The translations under genes and the position numbers were made by a program. This document shows positions 18,742 through 28,800 of a stretch of DNA of 64,000 nt, piece by piece. Within the stretch, counting starts at the first letter, position 1, and each line of letters opens with the position of its first letter. The stretch comes from Candidatus Eiseniibacteriota bacterium (lineage in GTDB: Bacteria > Eisenbacteria > RBG-16-71-46). The stretch covers positions 352,001-416,000 of the forward strand of contig OY970342.1 of assembly GCA_963717505.1 (NCBI GenBank). Reading direction: 5' to 3'. The notes below the pieces were generated by a model, which had not been told where the DNA came from, ran no database searches, and saw only the letters and a program-made list of their open reading frames with translations.

Positions 18742-20861
18742 TTCGACACCGCACCTGGGGCGCTCTCGGCTTCGCCTTGGTCGTGGCACTGGTCGCCGCA
18801 GAAGCCCATGCACAGGTGGCCGTCATCTCCCGCAACGACACGTGGAAGTGGTTCGCCGGCCCGGCCGAGCCCGACCCGGACTGGGAGACCACGAGCTACT
18901 CGGACTCCGCCTGGGCTGCCGGTCCGGGCATCCTCGGTTTCGGCGAAACCTACGTGGCTACGGTAATCCCCTACGGGCCGAGCGCCGGCAACAAGTGGAT
19001 CACGACCTATTTCCGGCGCACGTTCACGATTTCCCAGACGCCGTCGAGCCTCAACGCGTTCAATCTCGCGGTGAACTACGACGACGGGTTCGTGATGTAT
19101 TTGAACGGCGTCGAGATCCTGCGGCGTTTCATGCGACCGGGCCCGGTGGCCTGGGACACGCTCGCGATGTCGCACGAGGGCGGCGTGTACGAGCCATACA
19201 ATCTGGCGGCGTTCATTCCGCTGCTGGTCCAGGGCGAGAACGTGATCGCGGTCGAAGTGCATCAGTCGACCAATGGGAGCAGCGACCTGGTGTGGGACGC
19301 CGAACTCACGCAATCGCGGCCGGTCTACGTGACCCGCGGTCCCTATGTTCAGATGGGCAGCCACGATGGCATGACGCTGCGCTGGCGCACCAGCGACCCG
19401 GCCACGAGTCAGGTGCGAATCGGAGAACCCGGCGGATTCCTGACGTCTGCCGGCCGGGATTCCACCCTGCGCACCGAACACGAGATGCGCGTGACCGGAC
19501 TCGGCCCCCGGACCTCGTACGGCTACTCCGTGGGCACGCTCGACAGCACGCTGGCGGGCGACGATTCTCTCCATGTGTTCACCACCCATCCGATCCCGGG
19601 GACACCGACCCCGACGCGCATCTGGGCGATCGGAGACTCGGGACATCCCAATGCCGATCAGGCGGCGACCCGCGACTCCTACCTCGCGTGGACGGGGAAC
19701 CGCGGCACCGACGTCTGGCTGATGCTCGGCGACAACGCGTATTCGAGCGGCACCGACTTCCAGTACCAGACCGCGGTGTTCGATCGGTTCCAGCCCCTGT
19801 TGCGTACGGTTCCCCTGTGGCCGACCCGCGGCAACCACGACCGGACGATCGCCGCCCCCGAAATCGACATGTACGACATCTTCACGCTGCCGGACTCCGG
19901 ACAATCGGGGGGCGTTCCGTCGGGCAGCGAGCGCTATTTCTCGTTCGACTACGGCGACGTTCACTTCATCTGCCTGGATTCTGAAGGCTCGAGCCGTTTG
20001 CCCGGCAGTGCGATGCACGCATGGTTGCGCGAGGACCTGGCGAGCACCGAACGTATGTGGGTGATCGCGTACTGGCATCACCCGCCCTACAGCAAGGGCA
20101 GCCATGACTCGGACGACGACCTGGACAGCGGCGGCCGCATGGGTGACATGCGGCGTTACACGCTGCCGATCCTCGACTCGACCGGAGTCGACCTCGTGCT
20201 CACCGGCCACAGCCACGCCTACGAACGCTCGTTCCTGATCAACGGCCACTACGACGTGTCGTCGACTCTGGCGCCGGAGATGATCGTCGATGGCGGCCGA
20301 GGGCGCGCCGACGTCGACAGCGCCTACCGCAAGCCGACCCTGGGGACGGGGGCGTTCGAGGGCGCGGTCTACGTGGTCGCCGGCAGTGCCGCCACCACCG
20401 CGGGCGGCTCGCTCGACCATCCGGTCATGGTCGAGTCCTGGAACCTCCACGGCTCGCTGGTGATCGATGTCCTCGGCGCGCGGCTGGACGCCCGCTTCCT
20501 GACCAACACCGGCGTGATGCGTGACAGCTTCACGATCCTCAAAGGACCGCGCACCGTTGCGGTTTCCGAGTCGCCGGTGACCTCGCCGCTGGCACTGCGG
20601 CTGATCGGCGCCAACCCGGTCGCGGGCGAGGCGCGCTTCCGTCTCGGCCTCCCGGCTGCCGGCCCGGCGCGACTCGAGATCCTCGACGTCGCGGGACGCC
20701 TGGTCGCGACCCCGGCCCAGGGCGAATTCAAAGCCGGAGAACACTCCATCCGCTGGAATGGCCGGGACCGCCGCGGCAAGCCCGTGCCTTCGGGCGTCTA
20801 CTTCGCGGTCCTCGAGCGCTCCGGCGAGCACCGGGCCGTAAGGGTCGTCCTCGCGAGGTGA
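18738..20861 (+). CDS. Secreted purple-acid-phosphatase-like metallophosphoesterase with FlgD-Ig C-terminal domain
   Basis: IGDSG, LGDNAY, GNHD, HHPPY, GHSHAYER; N-terminal beta-sandwich (DDGFVMYLNG); C-terminal WNGRD..G..VPSGVYF. Confidence 0.9.
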   Translation: MIRHRTWGALGFALVVALVAAEAHAQVAVISRNDTWKWFAGPAEPDPDWETTSYSDSAWAAGPGILGFGETYVATVIPYGPSAGNKWITTYFRRTFTISQTPSSLNAFNLAVNYDDGFVMYLNGVEILRRFMRPGPVAWDTLAMSHEGGVYEPYNLAAFIPLLVQGENVIAVEVHQSTNGSSDLVWDAELTQSRPVYVTRGPYVQMGSHDGMTLRWRTSDPATSQVRIGEPGGFLTSAGRDSTLRTEHEMRVTGLGPRTSYGYSVGTLDSTLAGDDSLHVFTTHPIPGTPTPTRIWAIGDSGHPNADQAATRDSYLAWTGNRGTDVWLMLGDNAYSSGTDFQYQTAVFDRFQPLLRTVPLWPTRGNHDRTIAAPEIDMYDIFTLPDSGQSGGVPSGSERYFSFDYGDVHFICLDSEGSSRLPGSAMHAWLREDLASTERMWVIAYWHHPPYSKGSHDSDDDLDSGGRMGDMRRYTLPILDSTGVDLVLTGHSHAYERSFLINGHYDVSSTLAPEMIVDGGRGRADVDSAYRKPTLGTGAFEGAVYVVAGSAATTAGGSLDHPVMVESWNLHGSLVIDVLGARLDARFLTNTGVMRDSFTILKGPRTVAVSESPVTSPLALRLIGANPVAGEARFRLGLPAAGPARLEILDVAGRLVATPAQGEFKAGEHSIRWNGRDRRGKPVPSGVYFAVLERSGEHRAVRVVLAR

Positions 20862-22597
20862 ACTCCCGCACCCGATGGGTGTATCCCGTGACGGCCGGGA
20901 TCGCAGGGGTGGCCGGCATCGTCCAGGCGCTTCGATTCTCGTGGATCACCGACGACGCCTGGATCTCGTTCCGCTACGCCGAGAATCTCGTGCAGGGCCG
21001 CGGCCTCGTGTTCAACGCCGGCGAGCGCGTCGAGGGCTACTCGAACTTCCTCTGGACGCTCTGGATCGCGCTCGGCACCGCACTCGGGGTCGCCCCCGAC
21101 GCCTGGGCGACGTTCTGGAGCATCGCGTGTTTCGCGGCGACGCTGGCGCTGCTCGGCGCGTTTGCCGCGCGCGGTTCGGGCGGGCGCGGCCCGACGCCGA
21201 TCCCGCTCGCGGCGTTGCTGCTCGCGTGCCATCGCGACGCGGCTATCTTCGCGACCAGTGGACTCGAGACCGCGTGGTTCACGTTGCTCGCGGTCGCCGG
21301 CTACGGCGTCTTGTTCGACGCGCCCGGGCATCCGCGGCGCCTGGCGCTCGCCGGGTTCCTGTTTGCGCTGGTCTCGTGCTCGCGTCCGGACGGCGTGGTG
21401 TTTGCGGCCGCCGCCGGGGTTTGGGTGTTGTGGTCGTCGCAGCGGCGCGTGCGCGACGCGCTGGCCTTTGGCGCGCCCCTGGTCGCCGTGCTCGCGCCCT
21501 ACGCCGCGTGGAAGCTCGCGTACTACGGCGACCTGTTCCCGAACACCTTCTACGCCAAGTCGGCGCACCGTCCGTGGTACGAGCAGGGGATTCACTACGC
21601 GCGCCTCTACTTCACCAAGTACTGGGTGCTGCTGCTCGGACCGGTCGGGCTGATCCCGGCGTGGCGGTCCGCTACACCCAGCGACGACGCGATCGACGAT
21701 GCGCGCTGGCGTCGCGAAACCGGCCTGGCCGCAACTCTGGGAATCGCCTACACGGGGTACGTGGTCCACGTTGGCGGCGACTTCATGTTCGCGCGACTCC
21801 TGATTCCAGCCACGCCGTTCCTGTTGATCGTGCTCGAGCGCGTCTTCGTACGGCTGGCGCCACGGGCGGCGCTTACCCGCTGGGCGGTGGCCGGCGCCGT
21901 CACCCTGGCCCTGGCCCTGACGCCCTACCCGTTCACCGGCCAGGGCTGGGTGCACGGCATCACCAACGAGTGGGAGTTCTATTCCCCGGGCGAACGCGAG
22001 CGTGCCCGAGCCTTTGGCGAGCGGCTACGCGTCCTGTTCGACGGACTGCCGGTGCGCATGGCGTTCTGCGGCGGCCAGGCGGTGCTCGCCTACCACTCGC
22101 GCTCCCCGTTGGCGATCGAGACCGCGACCGGGCTCACCGACTCGACCATCGCGCACCAGCCGCTGGCCGGGCGCGGGCGTGTCGGGCACGAGAAGAAGAC
22201 TCCGATCCCGTATCTGATTTCCCGGAAGACCCACTTCTGGATGTACTCGGGCTCGTTGCTGTCGGATTCGCTCGCGCCCTACATCCCGCTGGTGCCGATT
22301 CGGCTCGACACGCTGACGGTCATGGCGATCACCTGGGACCCGCCGGTGATGGCGGCGCTGCGCGAACGCGGCGCCCAGGTTCCGGACTTCCTGGCCTCCC
22401 TCGACGAGTTCATTGCGCTGCTACCCTCGCTATCCGACGACGAGGTGCGGCTCGCGTACCAGAAGTCGCGCCGCTTCTACTTCGATCACGTCGACGATCC
22501 GGCGCGCGAATCGGCGTTTCGGCGTCGACTGGGACTTGGGGCCTCAGGGCCCGACTCCGGGCCGGCGCCTGAAAAGCCTCCCGTGCCGGGCCGATAA
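20858..22597 (+). CDS. GT-C-fold polytopic membrane glycosyltransferase (AftB-like)
   Basis: DDAWISFRYAENL..G.GLVFN.GERVEGYSNFLW, SGLET, RPDG, YYGDLFPNTFYAK, GGDFM motifs; many TM segments. Confidence 0.8.
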   Translation: MNSRTRWVYPVTAGIAGVAGIVQALRFSWITDDAWISFRYAENLVQGRGLVFNAGERVEGYSNFLWTLWIALGTALGVAPDAWATFWSIACFAATLALLGAFAARGSGGRGPTPIPLAALLLACHRDAAIFATSGLETAWFTLLAVAGYGVLFDAPGHPRRLALAGFLFALVSCSRPDGVVFAAAAGVWVLWSSQRRVRDALAFGAPLVAVLAPYAAWKLAYYGDLFPNTFYAKSAHRPWYEQGIHYARLYFTKYWVLLLGPVGLIPAWRSATPSDDAIDDARWRRETGLAATLGIAYTGYVVHVGGDFMFARLLIPATPFLLIVLERVFVRLAPRAALTRWAVAGAVTLALALTPYPFTGQGWVHGITNEWEFYSPGERERARAFGERLRVLFDGLPVRMAFCGGQAVLAYHSRSPLAIETATGLTDSTIAHQPLAGRGRVGHEKKTPIPYLISRKTHFWMYSGSLLSDSLAPYIPLVPIRLDTLTVMAITWDPPVMAALRERGAQVPDFLASLDEFIALLPSLSDDEVRLAYQKSRRFYFDHVDDPARESAFRRRLGLGASGPDSGPAPEKPPVPGR

Positions 22598-22641
22598 CGG
22601 CTCATGGTGAAGACCCGCGTGCGGCCGCTATTCTTGAACGC

Positions 22642-23499
22642 ATGAACTCGACATCCTCGCCGGCGTTGACCCTCGACCTGTCGATCGTGGTGGTGCACCA
22701 CCGGAATTGGGCGGACACGCGCGAGCTGGCCGCGGCACTCGCGACGCAGATCGATCCCGAGCGCCACGAGATCCTGGTGGTCGACAACTCGCCCGAAGTG
22801 CCGGCGCCGGCGGACGGCGCCGGGCCCGGGGTGCGGCTCCTGCGCCCGGGACGCAATCTGGGGTTCGCCGGCGGCATCAACTTCGGGCACGCGCACGCGC
22901 GCGGCCGCCTGCTGCTGGTGCTCAACCCGGACGTTCGCCCTCGCGACCGGGCCGTGGCGCAGCTGCTCGCCGCGCACGAACGCCACGCGCGCGCGGCCGT
23001 GCTGCTGCCACGATTGCTCGACCCCGAGGGCGGCGACCAGCATTCCCTGCGCACGTTCTACCGCTGGGAGACGATTCTCGCCGCTCGCTCCCCGTGGGGC
23101 CGCACGTCACGCGGACGGCGACGGCTCGCCGAACACCTGGGCGACCACCTCGACCGCACGCGCGAGCAGACGGTGGACTGGGGGCTCGGAGCGGTCATGC
23201 TGGTCGACCCGGCGCGCGTGCCGGCTGAAGCCGGCCGACTGATGGACGAGCGCTTCTTCCTCTACCTGGAAGACGTGGATCTCTGCCTGCGCGCCTGGCA
23301 GGCGGGGGGCGAAGTTCGCTACGTGCCCGGATCGGTGTTCACCCATCAACACCGACGCGAAAGTCGGAACCGGCCGTGGTCGCGCACGAACCTGCGTCAC
23401 CTGTGGAGCCTGATCCGCTTCGCGTCCAAGCACCACGGATTGCCGCCACGTCCCGTCCGCCCGAGTCCCGACCTGAGCCGCCAGGAAACCGCAGCGTGA
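22642..23499 (+). CDS. Glycosyltransferase family 2 (WbbL-like)
   Basis: LSIVVV, VVDNS, NLGFAGG.N, LNPD, DERFFLYLEDVDLC. Confidence 0.9.
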   Translation: MNSTSSPALTLDLSIVVVHHRNWADTRELAAALATQIDPERHEILVVDNSPEVPAPADGAGPGVRLLRPGRNLGFAGGINFGHAHARGRLLLVLNPDVRPRDRAVAQLLAAHERHARAAVLLPRLLDPEGGDQHSLRTFYRWETILAARSPWGRTSRGRRRLAEHLGDHLDRTREQTVDWGLGAVMLVDPARVPAEAGRLMDERFFLYLEDVDLCLRAWQAGGEVRYVPGSVFTHQHRRESRNRPWSRTNLRHLWSLIRFASKHHGLPPRPVRPSPDLSRQETAA

Positions 23500-24986
23500 C
23501 CGCCGTGTTCGATCCGGCCGCCGCCGCCGACTCCGAAGAGCATGCGCTGGCGCGCGTCTGGGCGCGTCGACTCGAGCTGGTCGGCACCTGGCTGGTCTGG
23601 GTGCTCGACCTCGCGGGTGCGGCCCTCGCCTGGCAGGTCGCCTACACGCTGCGGCTCGCGTTCGTGCCGGTGCTCGGACCGATGATCAGCTTCACGTCGG
23701 GGGCCGACGTGCCGGTGTGGTTCCCGCAGGCGCTATTCCTGCTCGTCTACAGCATCGCGCTCTACGCCAACGGCTGCCTGAGCAGCGAACGGCCGGTGTG
23801 GGTCCTGCCGCGCCAGATGACCGCGGCGGTCGCGGCACTGCTGCTGTTCCTCGGCGCCTCCTACTTCTTCAAATGGCTGACCTTTTCGCGCGCATTCCTG
23901 GGACTGCTCGGCCTCACTTTGCTCGTGGTCATCGTGCTCGAATGGGTGGTGTTGCGCTTGATGCGCAATGTCATGCGCCGGTGGGGCCTCGGCATCCGCA
24001 GCGTGCTGGTGGCCGGCGATCCGGCGCAGGCGGCCTGGGTGCTCGAGGATCTCGAGCGCTCGGCGCGCGCCGGCGTGCGCTCCCTGGGTCTGGTGACCGA
24101 CGCTCCGACCGAAACCCTCAAGGCCCCCTCCGGGACGCGGACCTTCCCCGGCATCGAGCGGGTGGCCTCGTGGGCCTCGCGCCTGCGCGCCGACCAGGTC
24201 GTGCTGTGCCTGCCGGACTGGCCGTACGCGCGCCTGGCGCCACTGCTCGAATCCTTGGGCAAGGCCGGGGTGCGCGTCTACCTGCTGCGCCCGGATCTTT
24301 CGGTCCACCTCGGCGTCTACGAGGAGCCGCAGAACCTGTTCCCGGGCACCGAACTGATCGACTTCGGCGATCTCCGGCCGCGGCGCTTTCGCCCGGCGCT
24401 CAAGCGCATCTTCGACGGCGTGGTCGGCGGTCTCTTGTTCCTGCTCGCGCTCCCGATCTATGCGGCCATCGCCCTCGCGATCCTGGTGCGCGACGGCCGG
24501 CCCGTGCTCTACCGGCAGGAGCGCTGCGGCCGCGAAAGCCGCCCGTTCGTGATCTGGAAGTTCCGCACCATGAAGATCGGCGCCGAGCGGGAACAGGAAG
24601 CACTCGAGCAGCAGAACGAAGTCGCGGGGCCGATCTTCAAGATTCGCAACGATCCGCGGATCACCTCGCTCGGGCGCTTCCTGCGCCGCCACAGCCTGGA
24701 CGAGTTGCCGCAGCTGTGGAACGTGATGCGGGGCGAGATGTCGCTGGTCGGGCCCCGCCCGCCCCTGCCGGCCGAGGTCGCCCGCTACGAGCCGTGGCAA
24801 CGCGCGCGGCTGTCGGGCGTCATCGGCTGCTCGGGCCTGTGGCAGGTCTCGGGACGCAGCAACCTGCCGTTCGACGAGATGGCGATGCTCGACATCTACT
24901 ACCTGCGCCACATGAGCCTGCGCCTCGACACCAAGATCCTGGCCCGCACGTTCTGGATCGTGCTGGTCGGAGAAGGCGCGTACTAG
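23496..24986 (+). CDS. Polyprenyl-phosphate glycosylphosphotransferase (WcaJ/WbaP family priming sugar transferase)
   Basis: KRIFD, KFRTM, DPRIT..GRFLR..SLDELPQLWNV..GEMSLVGPRP, GLWQVSGRS; GTG start overlaps upstream TGA. Confidence 0.93.
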   Translation: MTAVFDPAAAADSEEHALARVWARRLELVGTWLVWVLDLAGAALAWQVAYTLRLAFVPVLGPMISFTSGADVPVWFPQALFLLVYSIALYANGCLSSERPVWVLPRQMTAAVAALLLFLGASYFFKWLTFSRAFLGLLGLTLLVVIVLEWVVLRLMRNVMRRWGLGIRSVLVAGDPAQAAWVLEDLERSARAGVRSLGLVTDAPTETLKAPSGTRTFPGIERVASWASRLRADQVVLCLPDWPYARLAPLLESLGKAGVRVYLLRPDLSVHLGVYEEPQNLFPGTELIDFGDLRPRRFRPALKRIFDGVVGGLLFLLALPIYAAIALAILVRDGRPVLYRQERCGRESRPFVIWKFRTMKIGAEREQEALEQQNEVAGPIFKIRNDPRITSLGRFLRRHSLDELPQLWNVMRGEMSLVGPRPPLPAEVARYEPWQRARLSGVIGCSGLWQVSGRSNLPFDEMAMLDIYYLRHMSLRLDTKILARTFWIVLVGEGAY

Positions 24987-24990
24987 GGGG

Positions 24991-27051
24991 TCAGCCGGAC
25001 CAGTCCACCAGCACGGCCTTGGCGGCATCGATCGCCTCTTTGGTTCCCGCCAGCGCCACGACGTCGCCGGCCAACAACCGCTCGTGCCCATCCGGCACCA
25101 GCACCACGTGATTCCCGCGCGAAATCGCGATGATGGTGGCTCCGGTCCGTCCGCGCAGCCCGAGATCGGCGAGGCTACGACCCACGACTGGTGACGAATC
25201 GTTGATCCGGACCGGGAAGGGCTCGCCCAAGCCGGGCAACAGCAGATACGCCCGCTGCAACGCGCGTTCGCTCTCCTTGGGATCGTCCTTCCGTGTGCGT
25301 CCACCGATCGCGTCGACGATGACCTCGGCGGCCGCCCGCACGTGGCCCTGGAGGTCGGCGGCCGAGCGCCAAACAATGATGCCGATCACCACCAAAGTGG
25401 CAAGCAACACCACGAATCCGGAGAACGCCGGTAGGAACGGCTGAGTCACCGCCAGTAAGGGGGCGACCACCAGCATGATGGTGGTGACCTGGATCGCGAC
25501 CACCATGGCGCGCCGAGGCGCTGCTGCCAGGTCGAGCTTGCCGGGCTCGGGATCCGGGAATGCCCGCCGTGAAAGGATCTGCCCGAGGGCCCGTCCGTTC
25601 CGGACGATCCCGATCAGAAACGGGGTCGACAACAGAACCGCACCGGCGACCACCAGCGCCTTGACCTGGAACAACTGCCAACCGGTGCGCGCGGCGAAAC
25701 GCAGACCGAGCGGCTCGGCGGCCACCGAGCCCCCGATGCTGAGCGCCACGATCACCACCGCATCGATCGCCAGCCCGCGCAGTGCGCGCTGCAGGTACCG
25801 CTTGTCGGTCGAAGTTCCGGGGCGAGCGCGCAAGCTCTCGATCCAGGTTCCATAGAGTGCGGCAAAGGTCTGGAGCGGTCGCGGCAGATTCCGATCAATC
25901 CACGCGGCTGCCGGATCGGCGAGCCGGATGAACCATGGCGTCGTGAGCGTGGTGATCGCCGAGACCGCGACCACGATCGGGTAGTGCTCCGCGGGAACGG
26001 AGCCGCTCGCCAGCCCGACGCCGGCGATGATGAACGAGAATTCGCCGACCTGGCCGAGGCTCATGCCGGTCTGGACCGCGGTCCGTGTGCCCGCCCCGGT
26101 CAGGAACGTGGCCAGCGTGACCGCGCCGATCTTGCCGACCACCACCAGCAGCGTGAAGCCGAGCACCGCAGCCCAGTGCTCTGCGATCAGGCTCGGGACG
26201 ATCATCATCCCCACCGACACGAAGAACACGGCGAGGAACATGTCGCGCACCGGCTCGACCAGGCGCGCGACCACCCGCTCCTCGCCCGATTCGCCGATCA
26301 ACGAGCCGGCGACGAAAGCGCCAAGCGCCACCGAGTAGCCGACCGCCTGGGCCAGCGCCGCGGTGCCGAAACAGATCCCAATGCTGACGACCAGAGTGAT
26401 CTCGGAGCGCTTGAGGCCGACCACGAATCGGACGAATCGGGGGACCAGCAGGCTGCCGATCAGCAGGAACCCGACCAGGAACGACACGAGTCGAATGACG
26501 GTGACCACGATCGGCGCCACCTGCGTCGACCCCGAAGAAGCCGGGGTCAGCAGCGCCAACAGCAGGATCGCGATCAGGTCCTCGACGATCAGGATCCCGA
26601 TCACGAGATCGGTGAACCGCCCGCGCGCGCCGCGGTCCGCGAACGCCTTGACGATGATCGTGGTGCTCGAGATCGCGATCGCCGCTCCGGCGTAGAGGCT
26701 GGCCAGGACCGACCAGCCCATCAGCCGTCCCGCCTGGAAGCCGAGCCAGAGCATCAGGCTGCACTCCAGCACGGCGATGATGACGACGGACCCACCGGTG
26801 CGCATCAGACGGCGCACGGTGAATTCGAGCCCGAGCGAGAACATGAGCAGGATCACGCCCAGCTCGGACAGGGTCCGCACGATCCGCTCGTCGGCCACCA
26901 GGGGGATCGGCAGGTGGGGGCCGATGATCAGCCCGGCGAGCATGTAGCCGAACACCACCGGCTGGCGCAGGCGCTCGAACAGGATGGTCGTCACCGCGGC
27001 GACGGCCAGCACGAGCGCCAGATTGCGCAGGAGTTCGTGGGGTTCGTGCAT
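24991..27051 (-). CDS. Cation:proton antiporter (CPA2 family) with C-terminal TrkA-C/RCK domain
   Basis: QPVVFGYMLAG, LMFSLGLEF, ISSTTII, LIVEDL, FFVSVGM, QVGEFSF; C-terminal LRGRTGATIIAI. Confidence 0.92.
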   Translation of the reverse strand: MHEPHELLRNLALVLAVAAVTTILFERLRQPVVFGYMLAGLIIGPHLPIPLVADERIVRTLSELGVILLMFSLGLEFTVRRLMRTGGSVVIIAVLECSLMLWLGFQAGRLMGWSVLASLYAGAAIAISSTTIIVKAFADRGARGRFTDLVIGILIVEDLIAILLLALLTPASSGSTQVAPIVVTVIRLVSFLVGFLLIGSLLVPRFVRFVVGLKRSEITLVVSIGICFGTAALAQAVGYSVALGAFVAGSLIGESGEERVVARLVEPVRDMFLAVFFVSVGMMIVPSLIAEHWAAVLGFTLLVVVGKIGAVTLATFLTGAGTRTAVQTGMSLGQVGEFSFIIAGVGLASGSVPAEHYPIVVAVSAITTLTTPWFIRLADPAAAWIDRNLPRPLQTFAALYGTWIESLRARPGTSTDKRYLQRALRGLAIDAVVIVALSIGGSVAAEPLGLRFAARTGWQLFQVKALVVAGAVLLSTPFLIGIVRNGRALGQILSRRAFPDPEPGKLDLAAAPRRAMVVAIQVTTIMLVVAPLLAVTQPFLPAFSGFVVLLATLVVIGIIVWRSAADLQGHVRAAAEVIVDAIGGRTRKDDPKESERALQRAYLLLPGLGEPFPVRINDSSPVVGRSLADLGLRGRTGATIIAISRGNHVVLVPDGHERLLAGDVVALAGTKEAIDAAKAVLVDWSG

Positions 27052-27250
27052 CGTGCGTTCGCCCCCCGGTCCGGGCGGTTGACGCGCGGCGCGCCCGCGC
27101 GATCCCTCATCAAGACCCGAAGTCCCTCAGATACCACACCGGGTTGCAGTCGCGCGAGGGCGGGCCCCGAGCCGGGCGCGTCGGCCGTCCTGCGTCGGCT
27201 TCCGGATGTCGACGATTGTCGCGGCCTAGGCCCTGTGATGAGATCCGTCG

Positions 27251-27925
27251 ATGCACGGGGACCTCGCCACCAGCCTGCGCGGATTCGGCCCGACCGGGAT
27301 CCTCGCGATCCTGGTCATTCTGGTGGCTGGGAACGTCGCGGTGGCCCGGATGGTGCTGATCCCGGTCGGCGCGATGCTGGTGCTGGCATGGGTGCTCCTG
27401 TCGCGCACCCCCTGGCGCGAGATCGGCTACGTCCGGCCCAAGAGCTGGATCCTGACGGTGGCGGTCGGGATCGCCTTCGGGTTCGTATTCAAGGTCGCGA
27501 TGAAGGCGCTGATCATGCCGCTGCTCGGCGCCGACCCGATCAATCAGGCCTACCATTTTCTCGCCGGCAATCGCGAGCTGCTCCCGGCCGCGATCGGGGC
27601 GATGCTGGTCGCCGGGTTCGGCGAGGAAACCGTCTTCCGCGGTTTCCTGTTCGAGCGCCTAGGCAAGCTGCTGGGATCGGGGCCCTGGGCCAAGGTCGCG
27701 ATCGTGTTCGTGACATCGGCGGGGTTCGGGCTGGTCCACTACCGCGACCAGGGACTCGCGGGCGCCGAGCAAGCCACGATCGTCGGCCTGGTGTTCGGCA
27801 CGATCTACGCCGTCACCGGCCGGTTGCCCCTGTTGATGATCGCGCACGCCGCGTTCGATCTGACCGCGCTCGCGATCATCTACTGGGACCTCGAAACGGC
27901 AGTCTCCCGGTGGTTCTTCCGATAG
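27251..27925 (+). CDS. CPBP family intramembrane glutamic endopeptidase (CAAX/Abi)
   Basis: EETVFRG, FGLVH, AHAAFD motifs; TM helices. Confidence 0.88.
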   Translation: MHGDLATSLRGFGPTGILAILVILVAGNVAVARMVLIPVGAMLVLAWVLLSRTPWREIGYVRPKSWILTVAVGIAFGFVFKVAMKALIMPLLGADPINQAYHFLAGNRELLPAAIGAMLVAGFGEETVFRGFLFERLGKLLGSGPWAKVAIVFVTSAGFGLVHYRDQGLAGAEQATIVGLVFGTIYAVTGRLPLLMIAHAAFDLTALAIIYWDLETAVSRWFFR

Positions 27926-27941
27926 CATCCCCGGCACGCGC

Positions 27942-27985
27942 CAAAACGAGAGGCCCCTGCAGCGCATGCGTTGCAGGGGCCCTCG
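27942..27985 (-). terminator. Intrinsic terminator downstream of tRNA-Asn (possibly bidirectional)
   Basis: Long GC stem ggcccctgcagcgc / cgttgcaggggcc, followed on the minus strand by TTTT. Confidence 0.7.
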
Positions 27986-27990
27986 GTCAC

Positions 27991-28065
27991 TGGCTCCTCG
28001 GGTAGGATTCGAACCTACAACCCTCCGGTTAACAGCCGGATGCTCTGCCGTTGAGCTACCGAGGA
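27991..28065 (-). tRNA. tRNA-Asn(GTT)
   Basis: TCCTCGGTAGCTCAACGGCAGAGCATCCGGCT-GTT-AACCGGAGGGTTGTAGGTTCGAATCCTACCCGAGGAGCCA; cloverleaf, TTC loop, encoded CCA. Confidence 0.97.
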
Positions 28066-28147
28066 ATGTCTTGTTGGGCGCGCGGGCGGGCCGGTTCGGT
28101 GCATCTCGAACGGAGCCGGTGGAGCCGGCGGGCGCGACAGGGCGGCG

Positions 28148-28177
28148 AGTCTACTGATCGCTCTCGACCGCGGTCAA
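28148..28177 (-). promoter_or_regulatory. Sigma70-type promoter of tRNA-Asn
   Basis: TTGACC-18 nt-TAGACT followed by a GC-rich discriminator CGCCGCC. Confidence 0.65.
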
Positions 28178-28800
28178 GCCGCGAAGGTGCTCCGCGCCGC
28201 GCAATCCGGGCACGGATTCGGCGTGTGGCCGTTGCCCTGAGCGCCGTCGAGCCACTGGGCGGGGTCCTCGTAGTGCCCGTCACCGACGCACACGCGCCCA
28301 CAGCGCGAGCAGGCCGGCAACAGCGAAGCGAGCTGGCGGATTCTGCGATTCCGATCCTCGAGCAGCTCGCGGGCGCCTCGCAGCTCGCCGTCCACTTCCC
28401 TGAGGCTCTGGGTCGTCTCGATGATGCGGACGCCGGTGCGCACACGCGCCAGGATCTCGCCCATGTCGCACGGCTTGACCAGGTAGTCGTCGGCGCCGGT
28501 GTCGAGTGCCAGCAGGCGGTCGCTCAACTGGCCCTTGGCGGTCAGCAGGATGAAATAGGGTGCCGATTCCTTGAGTCCGGTCTTGATGGCCTGACACAGC
28601 TCGAGCCCGTCGACGTGCGGCATCATCCAGTCCGACAGCACCAGGTGCGGCTCTTCGGTCACGATCACCTTCATGCCCTCGCGGCCGTCGGCGGCGCCGA
28701 AGACCTGGTATCCCTCTATGCCCAGGCGCTTCTCGAGCACCGCGCGGAACAGACCGTCGTCTTCGACGACCAGGATCCTGATGTCCGCGGGGCTGCTCAT
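28174..28800 (-). CDS. Response regulator with coiled coil and C-terminal CxxC...CPDC putative Zn-binding domain
   Basis: ILVVEDD, LSDWMMP..DG, LTAK, ADDYLVKP; tail LLPACSRC...PCPDC. Confidence 0.88.
   Translation of the reverse strand: MSSPADIRILVVEDDGLFRAVLEKRLGIEGYQVFGAADGREGMKVIVTEEPHLVLSDWMMPHVDGLELCQAIKTGLKESAPYFILLTAKGQLSDRLLALDTGADDYLVKPCDMGEILARVRTGVRIIETTQSLREVDGELRGARELLEDRNRRIRQLASLLPACSRCGRVCVGDGHYEDPAQWLDGAQGNGHTPNPCPDCAARSTFAA

Noticed and set aside
27925-28065. tRNA-Asn as an integration site for an island
   Set aside because: No integrase, no duplicated tRNA 3' end seen, no obvious composition shift
27966-28157. 63-aa ORF
   Set aside because: Antisense translation of tRNA-Asn
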